From: Tissierellales bacterium
GTDB lineage: Bacteria; Bacillota; Clostridia; Tissierellales; DATGTQ01
Assembly (NCBI GenBank): GCA_035301805.1
Contig: DATGTQ010000152.1
Span: 1-46,953, forward strand
Direction: 5' to 3'
DNA: 46,953 nucleotides
Numbering within the stretch: position 1 is the first letter of the stretch; each line of letters opens with the position of its first letter. Below, piece after piece: positions 30,281 through 39,910 of the stretch. The translations under genes were made by a program, and so were the position numbers. The notes under the pieces are model-generated. The model had not been told where the DNA came from. It ran no database searches and saw nothing but the letters and a program-made list of their open reading frames with translations.

Positions 30281-30547
30281 GTATGACAAATCTATCATGA
30301 GAAATTATACTAAATTTAATCATGAAGCAAAAATCAAAAAAATGCAACTATCTTTTAGTTATAAAACAACCCCATAGTATAATTTATATGGTGCATATCA
30401 AGAGGACACTATAATTTCTTTAAATTGCTTATAAAATAATATTCCTGTCACTGTCTAGCCCTATTAAGTTTCTCCATTTTTTCTAATCTTTTCTCCATAC
30501 TGAAAACTCTTTTAAAAAATTTTTCATTACCTCCCCTTCCTAATCTT

Positions 30548-31186
30548 TTAATCTTTCCCTTCTGTGGTTTCACTAGATATTTCCCATAGGTATAAAGATG
30601 CAACTGAACAATAAGGTGAATATTTGATTCTATATATCTCAAATTCCTTTTTTGATAGTTCTGTTAATTTATATAATTTCATTATCCCCTTTCGAATACC
30701 TAAATCTTTATAACTAAGTATATTAGGCCTTTGCAACGAATGTATAAGTAACATCTCGGCCGTCCACTCTCCTACACCCTTGAGTGAAGTCAATTCTTTA
30801 ATCACTTCATCATCTGTCATGCTATGAAGATTTTCAAAATCTACTGTCTTATTAATAGCTACTTCGGCTATTCCCCTAATATAACTCGCTTTTCTTAAAG
30901 ACATTCCACATTTTTGTATAGATTCCAATTCAATTTTATTTATATTTTGTGGAATAATCTCTCCAATCAGTTCTATAAGTCTATTTTTCACCGTAATTGC
31001 TGCCTTAGTAGATATTTGTTGACTTATTATACTTGAAATAAGTGCTGAAAATATATCTGGCTCTACTTCTCTTTTTACCATACCTATCCTATCTATTTCT
31101 TTCCCAAGCTTTTTATCCTTCTTTTTTAAATATTCTATTTCTTTGTTCGTATATTTAAAATATTTCATAACAACCTCTTCTTTCAT
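30548..31186 (-). CDS. alkA: DNA-3-methyladenine glycosylase II-like HhH-GPD glycosylase
   Basis: SSIISQQISTKAA..., HhH LKGVGEWTAEMLLIHSL..P followed by D (SYKDLGIRKG). 206-212 aa. An alternative start ATG at 31168 has the better RBS (GAAGAGG). Confidence 0.82.
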   Translation of the reverse strand: MKEEVVMKYFKYTNKEIEYLKKKDKKLGKEIDRIGMVKREVEPDIFSALISSIISQQISTKAAITVKNRLIELIGEIIPQNINKIELESIQKCGMSLRKASYIRGIAEVAINKTVDFENLHSMTDDEVIKELTSLKGVGEWTAEMLLIHSLQRPNILSYKDLGIRKGIMKLYKLTELSKKEFEIYRIKYSPYCSVASLYLWEISSETTEGKD

Positions 31187-31188
31187 TG

Positions 31189-31428
31189 TTAATGTCCATC
31201 TACTGCGCTAATTAACTTACAGACAAGATATTTCCATTGGTTCCTTTCCGATTCAACTAAAGCTTTTTGGAGAGCTGATTCATAAGGAAGATCACCTACA
31301 TCAGCAAGATAATTATATGGAGACTGTAAGTCCAATGGATGGAAAACACCCTTAGAAGGATATCTAATCATATAATCATAACACTCCTTTTTTATACCTT
31401 TTATTATAACTTTATAAGTCGAACTCAC
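31189..31428 (-). CDS. hypothetical 79-aa protein
   Basis: Tightly packed between the GNAT (18-nt gap) and alkA (2-nt gap). No recognisable motif. Confidence 0.55.
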   Translation of the reverse strand: MSSTYKVIIKGIKKECYDYMIRYPSKGVFHPLDLQSPYNYLADVGDLPYESALQKALVESERNQWKYLVCKLISAVDGH

Positions 31429-31446
31429 TATAACTAAAAATACCTC

Positions 31447-31956
31447 CTATTTACTTACCGAGAGCCTTTTTTCCATAACATGAATTGTCCAATTTGTTTC
31501 AGGTTTTATGCTACTTTTTACAGTTTTGACAGTTATAAAGCCCATTTCTTGCCAGAACCTCAACCCCTTTATATTTTCTTGTACAACTCCTAATCTAATC
31601 CTTTCATAACCTTCATCCATAGCTATTCTTTCAATATATTTATAAATCTCACTTCCAATTCCCCTATTATGCTTTTTACCATCTACAAGAAAAAGTCCAA
31701 TATAAAGAACATCTTGGTCTGGATAATTTTCGATATAGTCTATCACTCCTATTGGATTACCATTTTCCGTAATGAGGCAGAAACATTTTTGATCTGTGCT
31801 CGTATTAGGCGGTACTTCGGTCATATCCTTCAATATAGCATCCATAGATGCATCTTCTTGAGATACTATTTGAAAATACTCATTATTAGATTTATATATA
31901 TTTAAAACAGGCGATAAGTCATCTGAAGACTGTAATGGTTTGATTTGATAGTCCAT
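31447..31956 (-). CDS. GNAT family N-acetyltransferase
   Basis: 169 aa; LYIGLFLVDGKKHNRGIGSEIYKYIERIAMDEGYERIRLGVV..N..GLRFWQEMGF. Confidence 0.85.
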   Translation of the reverse strand: MDYQIKPLQSSDDLSPVLNIYKSNNEYFQIVSQEDASMDAILKDMTEVPPNTSTDQKCFCLITENGNPIGVIDYIENYPDQDVLYIGLFLVDGKKHNRGIGSEIYKYIERIAMDEGYERIRLGVVQENIKGLRFWQEMGFITVKTVKSSIKPETNWTIHVMEKRLSVSK

Positions 31957-32154
31957 ATATTATACTCTCCTTTTATTTATAACATAACATTATTTTATTA
32001 TACTAAACTTCAGCAATAAAGTCTTATCCAAGTTATTTATCTTTATTATAAAATAAATCACAAGTATATTATACAAACATATTCCTTTATGATATACATT
32101 GTCTACAATAGGCTTTCTTATATAAATAAAAGCACCTTCGTAAAATGGCTATAT

Positions 32155-32188
32155 ATTAATGAGTTAGGCTTCCCCCTAACTCATTAAT
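32155..32188 (-). terminator. hairpin terminator abutting the anti-sigma stop codon
   Basis: 14-bp stem ATTAATGAGTTAGG-n6-CCTAACTCATTAAT. The T-tract is weak. Confidence 0.55.
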
Positions 32189-33381
32189 TATTTTATATTA
32201 TATTTATATATTGTCTTATCGTAACTTTTATTATATCTAATTCTATGAACATCTAGTACCAACTTTTCTCCAGTTCCTTTAAATTTAATAGTTCTAGTAT
32301 AATTTACTTTGGTGCTATCTCCATCTACTAATTTTTCATAATCTCCTGGAATGGTTTCATCTGCTCCTATTTGTTTTCCATCTATATCTAAGAGCGCTTT
32401 ACTCAATGTTAAATTTTCATCTGTAGTTATATTTATATAGGTATTTCCCTTTGACTCATAAACTTCGTTAATTCTAATATCCTGCTCTAATATTTTGACA
32501 CTTTTATTAATCTTTCCTTTCTCCATTTCTATAGTTTTATTAACCTCATAGTTTCCTCCAAATGATTTTGATTTTATTTCAATATTCTTTGTATCTTGGG
32601 GTAGTGCATCATAAGACATATTAAATCGGCTACCTTTTATATCTGTACTCACACCCGAACTTTGCAAATCAACTTCCTTCCCATCAGCTATTAGTATTAG
32701 TTCTATATTTTCAGGCATAAATCTTTGTCCTGTAATTTGGTCTATTCCTAGCTCAACTATATTTTGAATTTGTCCCTTTACAACTGTAGTTGTTGGCGAT
32801 GCTATTAATGATCTAACTTTTAGTTTTCTTTGATTCGCATCAATAACTTTATTAATAGGGATTTTTAGGTTATGATCCATTTCATCTCAGTACCATCTTC
32901 ATTTATTTCTCCATACCCACCATATTTATAAGTGGTTCCAAATAATCCTTCTAATTGATGAATTTCTAAATCTAAATACGCATCTTCCACGTTACCTGAA
33001 GGATCTTTTATAGTATGGAATAAGATTAAATTATTATCATCTAACATTACGCCATCTAATGTGACCTTATTCCATTTTTAAATGTATAAGATTATCTATA
33101 ATTTGTCCCCTTCCTAACTCATTTAACTCTTGTAAGGTTCCATTCATCACATTATCATATCCAATTAATCCCTTTGCATAATAGGCCAAGGTATTTGCAT
33201 TGTATCCTATAAGAAGTGCTAGAATAATTAATACTGCAATCTTTCCTTTGATATTAAAACTTCTTTTTTTATTAGGTATACTATCTAAGGTAGCTCTCAA
33301 CCTTACTTCCATATTTTCTGGTATATATAAATTATCTAATTCCTTTTTGCCATCAGTTAGTAGCTTTTCAATATTAGCCAT
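32188..33381 (-). pseudogene. anti-sigma factor (N-terminal anti-sigma/TM + DUF4179-like extracytoplasmic domain) split into three ORFs
   Basis: ORFs 33067..33381, 32865..33047 and 32188..32880 are colinear pieces: ...LIGYDNVMNGTLQELNELGRGQIID / VTLDGVMLDDNNLILFHTI... / LKIPINKVID... The frames change at ttAAAAAtgg (~33075) and ataaCCtaaaaa (~32870). Confidence 0.7.
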
Positions 33382-33944
33382 TTACATCATCCTCCCCATA
33401 AATCCTCTTTAAATTTCTCATAGCCGCATTTATCCTTGATTTCACTGTACCAAGAGGAATTTTAAGTATTTCTCCTATGGTCTTATAATCAAGGTCAAGT
33501 AAGTATCTTAATCTAATTACCTCCTGATGCTTAGAACTTAACATAGATAAGTATTTTTCTAAAACTACCTTATTTTCAGGATTATGATATGCTTCATAGC
33601 TACCTTCTTCTTTTACTTCTTCTAAGGAAACAATTTTTTCTTTTCAATATATTTTTGCAGGAATTAACTAATATTGTCTTACTCCAACTATAAAAAGCAG
33701 TATCTTTCTTAAGTTTGTGTATATTTTCATATAGGATGACTATCATGTCTTGTATTGCATCTAAAGCATCATTTTCATTTTTCATATAAACATAGGCTAA
33801 TTTATAATAATCTGTTTTTTGAGCCATGACTAACTTAAGTAAAGCTTCTTTATCTCCATTTTTTGCTTGTTTTATTAGCAGTTCTTCTTTCACTTTCCCA
33901 CCCCTATCTATATATAAGAGTATTTGACTATTAAAAAAGTTCAT
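33374..33944 (-). pseudogene. ECF-type sigma-70 factor with one frameshift
   Basis: Region 2 (ALLKLVMAQKTDYYKLAYVYMKNENDALDAIQDMIVILYENI) is in ORF 33600..33944. Region 4 (LSSKHQEVIRLRYLLDLDYKTIGEILKIPLGTVKSRINAAMRNLK) is in another frame, ending at the TAA at 33374-33376. The switch is at the A6 run gaAAAAAAtt (~33630). The stop overlaps the anti-sigma ATG (ATGGCTAA). The likely true start is the GTG at 33893. Confidence 0.75.
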
Positions 33945-34132
33945 TTATATTATTACATATTTTAATATAAATGAACCAATTGGAAAATTATATTATAAAA
34001 TCCCTAGAAAGAGGTAAAAGGTGTAAACTTTCTTTATTTATAAAATACTAATTATCTAGGACTTGAACTGCTAGATAAAAGAATCATATTACTCCCATAG
34101 TTTAAAATAACATTAGTTCCAAATCTTGATAA

Positions 34133-34163
34133 TAAAAAGCGGTAAGATATTAAACCTACCGCC
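34133..34163 (-). terminator. intrinsic terminator of the GNAT-methyltransferase gene
   Basis: The minus strand reads GGCGGTAGG-n9-CTTACCGC followed by TTTTTATT. Confidence 0.7.
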
Positions 34164-34290
34164 AATTTAGCTTTATAATATTCAGTTTCTATTCTCATAT
34201 TGTCTATCGTCCTATTAGAAATAATGGTCTAATCAATGAAATATAATATTTAATCACTAAAAACTATTTCTAAACATGCTAAATGCTTCA

Positions 34291-35433
34291 TTATTTCTTT
34301 ATAGTTAAAACACCAGAGCAGTAGGATAGCTTCTCAAAATCAACTTTTAAATCTGGTAATAGCTTCATTATTTCATCGGCTATAAGATAATGTTCAGTAT
34401 CATCCCACAAGTCCTTATCTTTTTCTTTTGCCATTATCATTTCGTATTTATTTTTAAAAGAAACATCTCCAAATACAATAACTCCATCGCCTTTTAAATA
34501 TTGTAATATTTCATTAATACAGCTTATTTTTTGTTCATCTGTTAGGTGATGAATAGCATATGTGCTAATAACTGAATCAAACATCACTCCATCTAATTCT
34601 TTAGGAAGACCTTTTGTAAAATCAAATTGTATCAACTTTGCTTCTGGCATCTTCTTCTGTGAAATTTGAACCATCTTCTTTGAAAAATCAATTCCATAGA
34701 TTTTATTACCATTATCATATAATCGCTTTGTTAATGTACCTGTTCCGAAACCAATATCCAAAATTACTCCTTTATGTTTATGAACTTTATTGTAAACAGT
34801 ATTTAGCACTTCTTCATAGGCTGCAAAAGGATATTGATTATTTTGCTCCGATATCTCTACATCTTTATCATAACCTTCTGACCATAGATCAAATCCTCTA
34901 CTATCCAATAGTTTAGCAGATGAGTCCCCTGACATATCTTTACGCATTAGTACAGAACCATATTCATCCTGTCCATCAAATTTAAAGCCTTGTTTCTCCC
35001 AAAAATTTTTATTTCTATTATTATATACATTTAAAGCAAAATATCTAGCTCCCCGCTTTATTTCTTTTTCACTAATTTCTTGGAAAGCTTTTGTTCCTAG
35101 TCCTTGATTTCTATATTGAGAAAGAATACAGAAATCAATTATAAAGCATTTCCCATCTTCAGAGAAATAAGTACAATAAGATGCAAAACCTATTATATTA
35201 TCATCCTTTATAAAGAAGACCGGATTGGCTGTATCTTGTTTTCTTCGGAATAATTTTTCCATGTGGTTACAATATTCATCCAAAAAAAACCATCCTTTAT
35301 CCTCTTCACTTCTAAGTTCTCCTAATTCACAATTTGGAATTATATCTTCAAGCATATATTGATCCCTTATCTCCCAAAACTTAGATAATTCTTCCTCTGA
35401 TTTAATCCTTTTAATTATAATTTTATCTGTCAT
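34291..35433 (-). CDS. fusion protein: N-terminal GNAT acetyltransferase + C-terminal class I SAM-dependent methyltransferase
   Basis: ORF 34291..35445. The ATG at 35433 (MTDKIII) lies 5 nt after GGAGGG. GNAT: ILSQYRNQGLGTKAFQEI..NRNKNFWEKQGF. MTase motif I VILDIGFGTGTLT, plus YGIDFS and FDSVISTYAIHHL. Confidence 0.85.
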   Translation of the reverse strand: MTDKIIIKRIKSEEELSKFWEIRDQYMLEDIIPNCELGELRSEEDKGWFFLDEYCNHMEKLFRRKQDTANPVFFIKDDNIIGFASYCTYFSEDGKCFIIDFCILSQYRNQGLGTKAFQEISEKEIKRGARYFALNVYNNRNKNFWEKQGFKFDGQDEYGSVLMRKDMSGDSSAKLLDSRGFDLWSEGYDKDVEISEQNNQYPFAAYEEVLNTVYNKVHKHKGVILDIGFGTGTLTKRLYDNGNKIYGIDFSKKMVQISQKKMPEAKLIQFDFTKGLPKELDGVMFDSVISTYAIHHLTDEQKISCINEILQYLKGDGVIVFGDVSFKNKYEMIMAKEKDKDLWDDTEHYLIADEIMKLLPDLKVDFEKLSYCSGVLTIKK

Positions 35434-35460
35434 TTTACCCTCCATTTATTTTATTGGAGG

Positions 35461-35517
35461 CTAATTTTGAGTGATACCTCCATTCACTTTTAATATTATT
35501 GTTATATTCTTTTTCAT
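35461..35517 (-). CDS. candidate 18-codon leader peptide ORF (MKKNITIILKVNGGITQN)
   Basis: AAGGAG (35532..35527) lies 9 nt before the ATG at 35517, with a TAG stop at 35461-35463. The ORF ends 5 nt... directly before a CCTCCA segment that can pair with either of two TGGAGG segments. See the finding for 35433-35532. Speculative. Confidence 0.3.
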   Translation of the reverse strand: MKKNITIILKVNGGITQN

Positions 35518-35741
35518 AAAGCACCACTCCTTTTCGATTTATTTATATTAAAACGCTATTGCGATTTAATCATAATTCCTATAATACTTGCAATTTGGAT
35601 AAAACCTTAAAATTTAACTTCCTTTATTATTAGTATATATAGAATTTTATTTTGTGTCTATGTTTATATATCAACACCAAGTCTATCTAACCTTTAAATA
35701 ATGTTATACCCTATCAATACTTTTCCAATTACTTCTAAACT

Positions 35742-36184
35742 TTAGAAATCTTTTCTCAAATAGACCATATCAATAAGTTGAACCCCATTTTCGAAAATAG
35801 GCTGACCGTAGTTATCAGTAGAAAAGTTTTAACTCTATGTGAAATTTTAAATCCACAATGCTCATAAAAAGGAATAGTAAAAGGACTATCTCCTGTGCCT
35901 ACAAACACAGTTTTACATATATCACCATAATAATCAAAAATATAATTCATAAGAGCTTTTCCATAGCCCTGCCCTTGATATTTTTCATAAGTTGCAATAT
36001 TCTTCAATTCATATATTCCTTCATCTTCTTTTGTCACCACACAAATGCTTTTCAAGTCTTCATCATATAGAGCAAAAACATCTCCACGCTCCAAATATTT
36101 ATCAATCATATCTTCTTGTTCATCTGCTAGCAGCAGCAAATCAAGAAATTGTTTCTTGTCACTTAAAATTCTTTTTATCTTCAT
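35742..36184 (-). pseudogene. GNAT family N-acetyltransferase with C-terminal frameshift
   Basis: ORF 35756..36184 ends ...HRVKTFLLITTVSLFSKMGFNLLIWSI. Shifting frame at gttAAAActttt restores [30 protein letters not shown] (stop at 35742-35744), which is the usual C-terminus of this small GNAT family. Confidence 0.7.
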
Positions 36185-36475
36185 TGCTATACCTCACAAA
36201 ATATAAATCGGCTTTGTTTAAAAATCTTTTTCATTACATATTTTTTTCAATATTATATCATTAGAATCATCTAGAAATACCACTTTTTTTAAAAAAGGAA
36301 ATATTTGAAAAAAGTCTATTTTACTTTATATTCTATGAAAGGCTTTCGTAGAATTATTAATAATATAAGTTAAAATTAACGCTTACATATAATAAATAAA
36401 TTCTTAGAACAATTCATCTAATAAAATATAATATTTAATTTTCTCTCAATCTAGTTAATCAAAGTAATTTAAAAC

Positions 36476-36994
36476 TTATATATTAGCATTACGGAGCATT
36501 ATATAAAACGGCATATTCAGTGATTTATGAGTAACAGTTTGATGAAAAGTAAACCCAGCCTTCCTATATAGTTTTATTGCTCTTTCGTTAAACTGAGCAA
36601 CAGATAGTCGAAAATTTGCCTTATGTCCCAATAAATTTGATTCAGCAAATGCAAATCCTGCATATAAAAAATCAAGACCTAAACCTTTTCCACAAAGTTC
36701 TGGTTTCATACCCAATCCTATGTCCAATGCGGTATCTGAAAATATGAAACCTTCACAAGTGGTAATACGTGCACTACTTCCAAAACAGAAATAACCAATT
36801 AATTCTTCTTGCTTATTAAAAACAGAATAGTAGCTTTCTTCTAAAAGCTCTTTGACTGTTTCATCATTATCATCAAAGTTATAAAAATCATAAGGGCTTG
36901 GATATTGCCATTTAGCTATTTCTCCAGCATGTACCTCGTCAAGAAATATAATTTTATATTCGCCATATATGCTTGTTATAGTTTTATTTGACAT
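36476..36994 (-). CDS. GNAT family N-acetyltransferase
   Basis: 172 aa; WQYPSPYDFYNF N-terminal signature and GKGLGLDFLYAGFAFAE...NERAIKLYRKAGF. Confidence 0.85.
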   Translation of the reverse strand: MSNKTITSIYGEYKIIFLDEVHAGEIAKWQYPSPYDFYNFDDNDETVKELLEESYYSVFNKQEELIGYFCFGSSARITTCEGFIFSDTALDIGLGMKPELCGKGLGLDFLYAGFAFAESNLLGHKANFRLSVAQFNERAIKLYRKAGFTFHQTVTHKSLNMPFYIMLRNANI

Positions 36995-37230
36995 TTATCT
37001 ATAAATACCTCCACAAAATATATTGTTAACCTTTATTGCTCTAAGTTTAGAATAATAAACAATTCTCTGATTCACTAAATTTATATTTAACTAATTTATA
37101 TTATATATAAATATTAAGATCAATCCAACAACATTGAATTTTTTACTCAAAATTCCTATTCATTTAACATTACTCTTTAATCTGTAATTTAGTTTAGATA
37201 ATTCTCCAGTTCAGCTTTTCATTCATTAAC

Positions 37231-37272
37231 AAAGGCACCAAGATTTTTATCTCAGTGCCTTTGGATTTTTTT
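37231..37272. terminator. hairpin with T-run (orientation ambiguous), downstream of the rocB-like gene
   Basis: AAAGGCAC-n16-GTGCCTTT followed by ggATTTTTTT on the plus strand. Only a weak U-tract is available for the minus-strand transcript. Confidence 0.5.
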
Positions 37273-37436
37273 ATAGTACTAGGTGCAATGGACCGATTTC
37301 TCACTAAAACATTAAAAATCATCATCTTAACAGTTATTTTTACATTCTTCGTTAATATGAAAATAAAAATTGTCCATTAGCAGATTCTTATTCTATTTCA
37401 GTAAATTTATAATAGTATTATAAACAACTTTTGGTG

Positions 37437-39026
37437 CTACATTGAGGAATAATCTTTTTCTAACCTTTCTGTGAATTTGTGAGCATCTTTTCCAAAAGGT
37501 CCTATATTAACTACTGGAAGATTTAGCTTTTGTAAATCTTCAATAGGCAATTTATATTTCACTCCAAATCCAGGCATATTATTCTTAAGAGATTCAACAG
37601 CTTCTTTTTCTCTTGGAGCAGCTACATAGCTTAAATCAGAAATATATGGATAAAATTTCTTTACTTCGATATCATAATTAGAGTCAATATTTTTAACTGT
37701 TTTCTTAACTGCATTTAAAAGATTCTCCTCTAATTTGGATTTTCCTTCTACATATATGTGTGGATAATATGGTGGTGAGAAGAAGACTATAACTACTGGT
37801 TTTTTATCAGACCACATATTATGAACTTCTTTTACTATTTTCAATGCAAAATCTCTATCATCTATATTGGGATCAGCCAATAGTTTATTATTTAAATCTC
37901 TTATTACTTTATCAACCTCTACTCCTCTTTCTTCCTTTACTTTCTTGTATAGTTCATCATAGGGCATAACCCTAGATTTCCAAGGTAGTTTTTCATATAA
38001 AAAATTATTTAGATGGCAATATTTCTTGTATTCTTTATTTAAATTGTCAATTACATTTTGAAAAGCTAAATCTGCTCCTTTTACTACCTTTTCCATAACT
38101 CCATCTGGAGTACTTATATGAGTTCCATAGTTAAAGTAAAGATAACTAGTTTTCGCTGTTTGTACTGAATACTCCGGCTTTAAATCTTGTTGTCTTAAAG
38201 TAATAGGTGGTACAGTAACCTCTCCTTCAGCCTCATCACAATATTTAGTATTGAAATCAATTTCACTAGTTATAGCTGAAGATATTAAATTAGGATCTAT
38301 TCCTTTAAAAGGATCTCCCCCATGAGTTTCTGCTCCAGCTATATAGGAAGTAGGCATTAGTTTCCCTACAGTACCTAAATATACATATCTGGTGTTATCA
38401 TTTTCATATCTTGGAGCACTATAATCTGTATCAATTACTGCTAAGTATTCTAAGTTCTCTTTTTTCTTCAATTTAACTAACTCTGGAACTACTGAAAGCA
38501 TGCCACCAGAATTCCTCTCTTCGTCACATACCGCTGCAAACACAATATTACCTTCAAAGTTTTCTATATCATCAGAGATTTGCTCTACTAAAGTCATAAG
38601 AGTGGCTACCCCACATTTCATATCAAATATACCTCTGCCAAATAAATATTCTCCTGATTTTAGATCTTTCACTACATATTCAGAAAGGGATCTTTCTTTA
38701 AACTTTTCTGCTAATTCTAAAGGTTTAGTAGCATATTTTTTCAAATCACCATAATCAGAAATTCCCACAGTATCTATATGACCTATTAGAATAACTGTCT
38801 TATTGCTACTTCCTTTTTCTCATTTTACCATAGCCATTACACTTTTTCTTTCTAAAGGATCATCTATTACATCTACATACTTAACATATTGTGGATACTT
38901 TTTAAAATAACCCATTTCTATAAATTTTTCATAAACTTTATCAGCCACATTGTTTTCTTCTTTAGTTCCTACAATTCCCCTTATATTTGTTAATTCCAAT
39001 GTGGGTTTTTCAATTTTTTCATGCAT
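37437..39026 (-). pseudogene. rocB: M20/M25/M40 peptidase, RocB-like, interrupted by one in-frame TGA
   Basis: ORFs 38820..39026 and 37437..38768 are in the same frame: ...SVMAMVK-TGA-EKGSSNKTVILIGHIDTVGISDYGDL.... It has the metal-binding HxD (GHIDTV) and FGRGIFDMK motifs and is ~530 codons in total. Confidence 0.75.
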
Positions 39027-39367
39027 GTCATTACCTCCTCGTATATTTAATACACCTATTCAGAAAAAATTACAAGACTTGAAATTTTTCTCTCTTCAGT
39101 ACATGTGATTAATATTTTAATTTATAAATTTTTTTGTTAAACTTACAGTATATTTATCATATCTATTTTTATCCTTTATCTATTTATTTTATCTATCAAT
39201 AATATCTTAAACTATCCCATAGGACTATCTAATATATTCTAGAACCTTACAACCTATTAAATAGGTTATCACTCCAATTATGTAAACTAAACCTAAGATG
39301 TTCTTCATCTAGTATATTTAAAAAAGCATATGAAAATTCTTTTAAAATACATTAGAAAAGTACTTTG

Positions 39368-39396
39368 TTGACAAGGAAACAAAAACGCGATATAAT
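39368..39396 (+). promoter_or_regulatory. consensus sigma-A promoter of the MarR-cyclase operon
   Basis: TTGACA (39368..39373), 17 nt spacer, TATAAT (39391..39396). Confidence 0.8.
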
Positions 39397-39400
39397 AAAT

Positions 39401-39418
39401 ATGTTTCCTAGGAAACAT
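39401..39418. promoter_or_regulatory. perfect 18-bp palindromic operator (probable MarR autoregulation site)
   Basis: ATGTTTCCTAGGAAACAT lies 4 nt after the -10 hexamer and covers the expected transcription start. A half-site-like GGAAACA also sits in the promoter spacer. Confidence 0.65.
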
Positions 39419-39439
39419 TAATGATAAGGAGGAAAGTAG

Positions 39440-39910
39440 ATGAAAAAAACTGAGGTTTTCTTGTCAAACCTAACAGAATTATATGAAAAACGGGACCTAC
39501 TAAATAAATTAATAGAAAATAAAAAACTTATTGAAAACTATAGTATCTCAGAGATCCATTGTATAGATTCTATAGGTAAGATAAAAGATCCTAATGTTAC
39601 TAAATTAGCAATTTCTCTAAATATGACAAAGGGGGCTATAAGTAAAATAACTAAAAAACTTAACGCACAAAAAATAATTACAAAGTATACAAAGGCTGAT
39701 AATAAAAAAGAATTTTATTTTAAATTAACTAAAGATGGTAAAAAAGTCTATACAAAGCATGAATTATTACACAATAAATCTAAAGAAAAATATATAGATA
39801 TCCTTAATAAGTTTGATGACAATGAAAAAGATGTGATAATTAAATTTTTAGAAATAATTGTAGAGCATTTGGAAAATGAAATAAAGGAGGTAAATATAAA
39901 TGAAAATTGA
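39440..39910 (+). CDS. MarR family transcriptional regulator
   Basis: 156 aa. Winged-HTH region reads ISEIHCIDSIGKIKDPNVTKLAISLNMTKGAISKITKKL...KADNKKEFYFKLTKDGKKVY. RBS is AAGGAGG. Confidence 0.8.
   Translation: MKKTEVFLSNLTELYEKRDLLNKLIENKKLIENYSISEIHCIDSIGKIKDPNVTKLAISLNMTKGAISKITKKLNAQKIITKYTKADNKKEFYFKLTKDGKKVYTKHELLHNKSKEKYIDILNKFDDNEKDVIIKFLEIIVEHLENEIKEVNINEN

Noticed and set aside
30448-30642. A 64-aa ORF overlapping the 3' end of alkA.
   Set aside because: It overlaps alkA out of frame for half its length. It has no RBS and a basic, low-complexity translation. Likely spurious.
37288-37380. A 30-aa hydrophobic ORF (MDRFLTKTLKIIILTVIFTFFVNMKIKIVH) convergent with the rocB-like gene, as a candidate type I toxin.
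   Set aside because: The only SD-like element (AGGTG) is 2 nt from the ATG. A 31-codon open frame is not improbable by chance. No antisense promoter or matching structure could be identified.
38820-38822. Selenocysteine, or a UGA=Gly alternative genetic code, at the in-frame TGA of the RocB-like gene.
   Set aside because: I see no convincing SECIS-like GC-containing hairpin in the ~40 nt after the UGA; only an AU stem aataa/ttatt is present. TGA is used as a normal stop elsewhere in the window, for example by the membrane protein ending at 28094. A nonsense mutation is more parsimonious.
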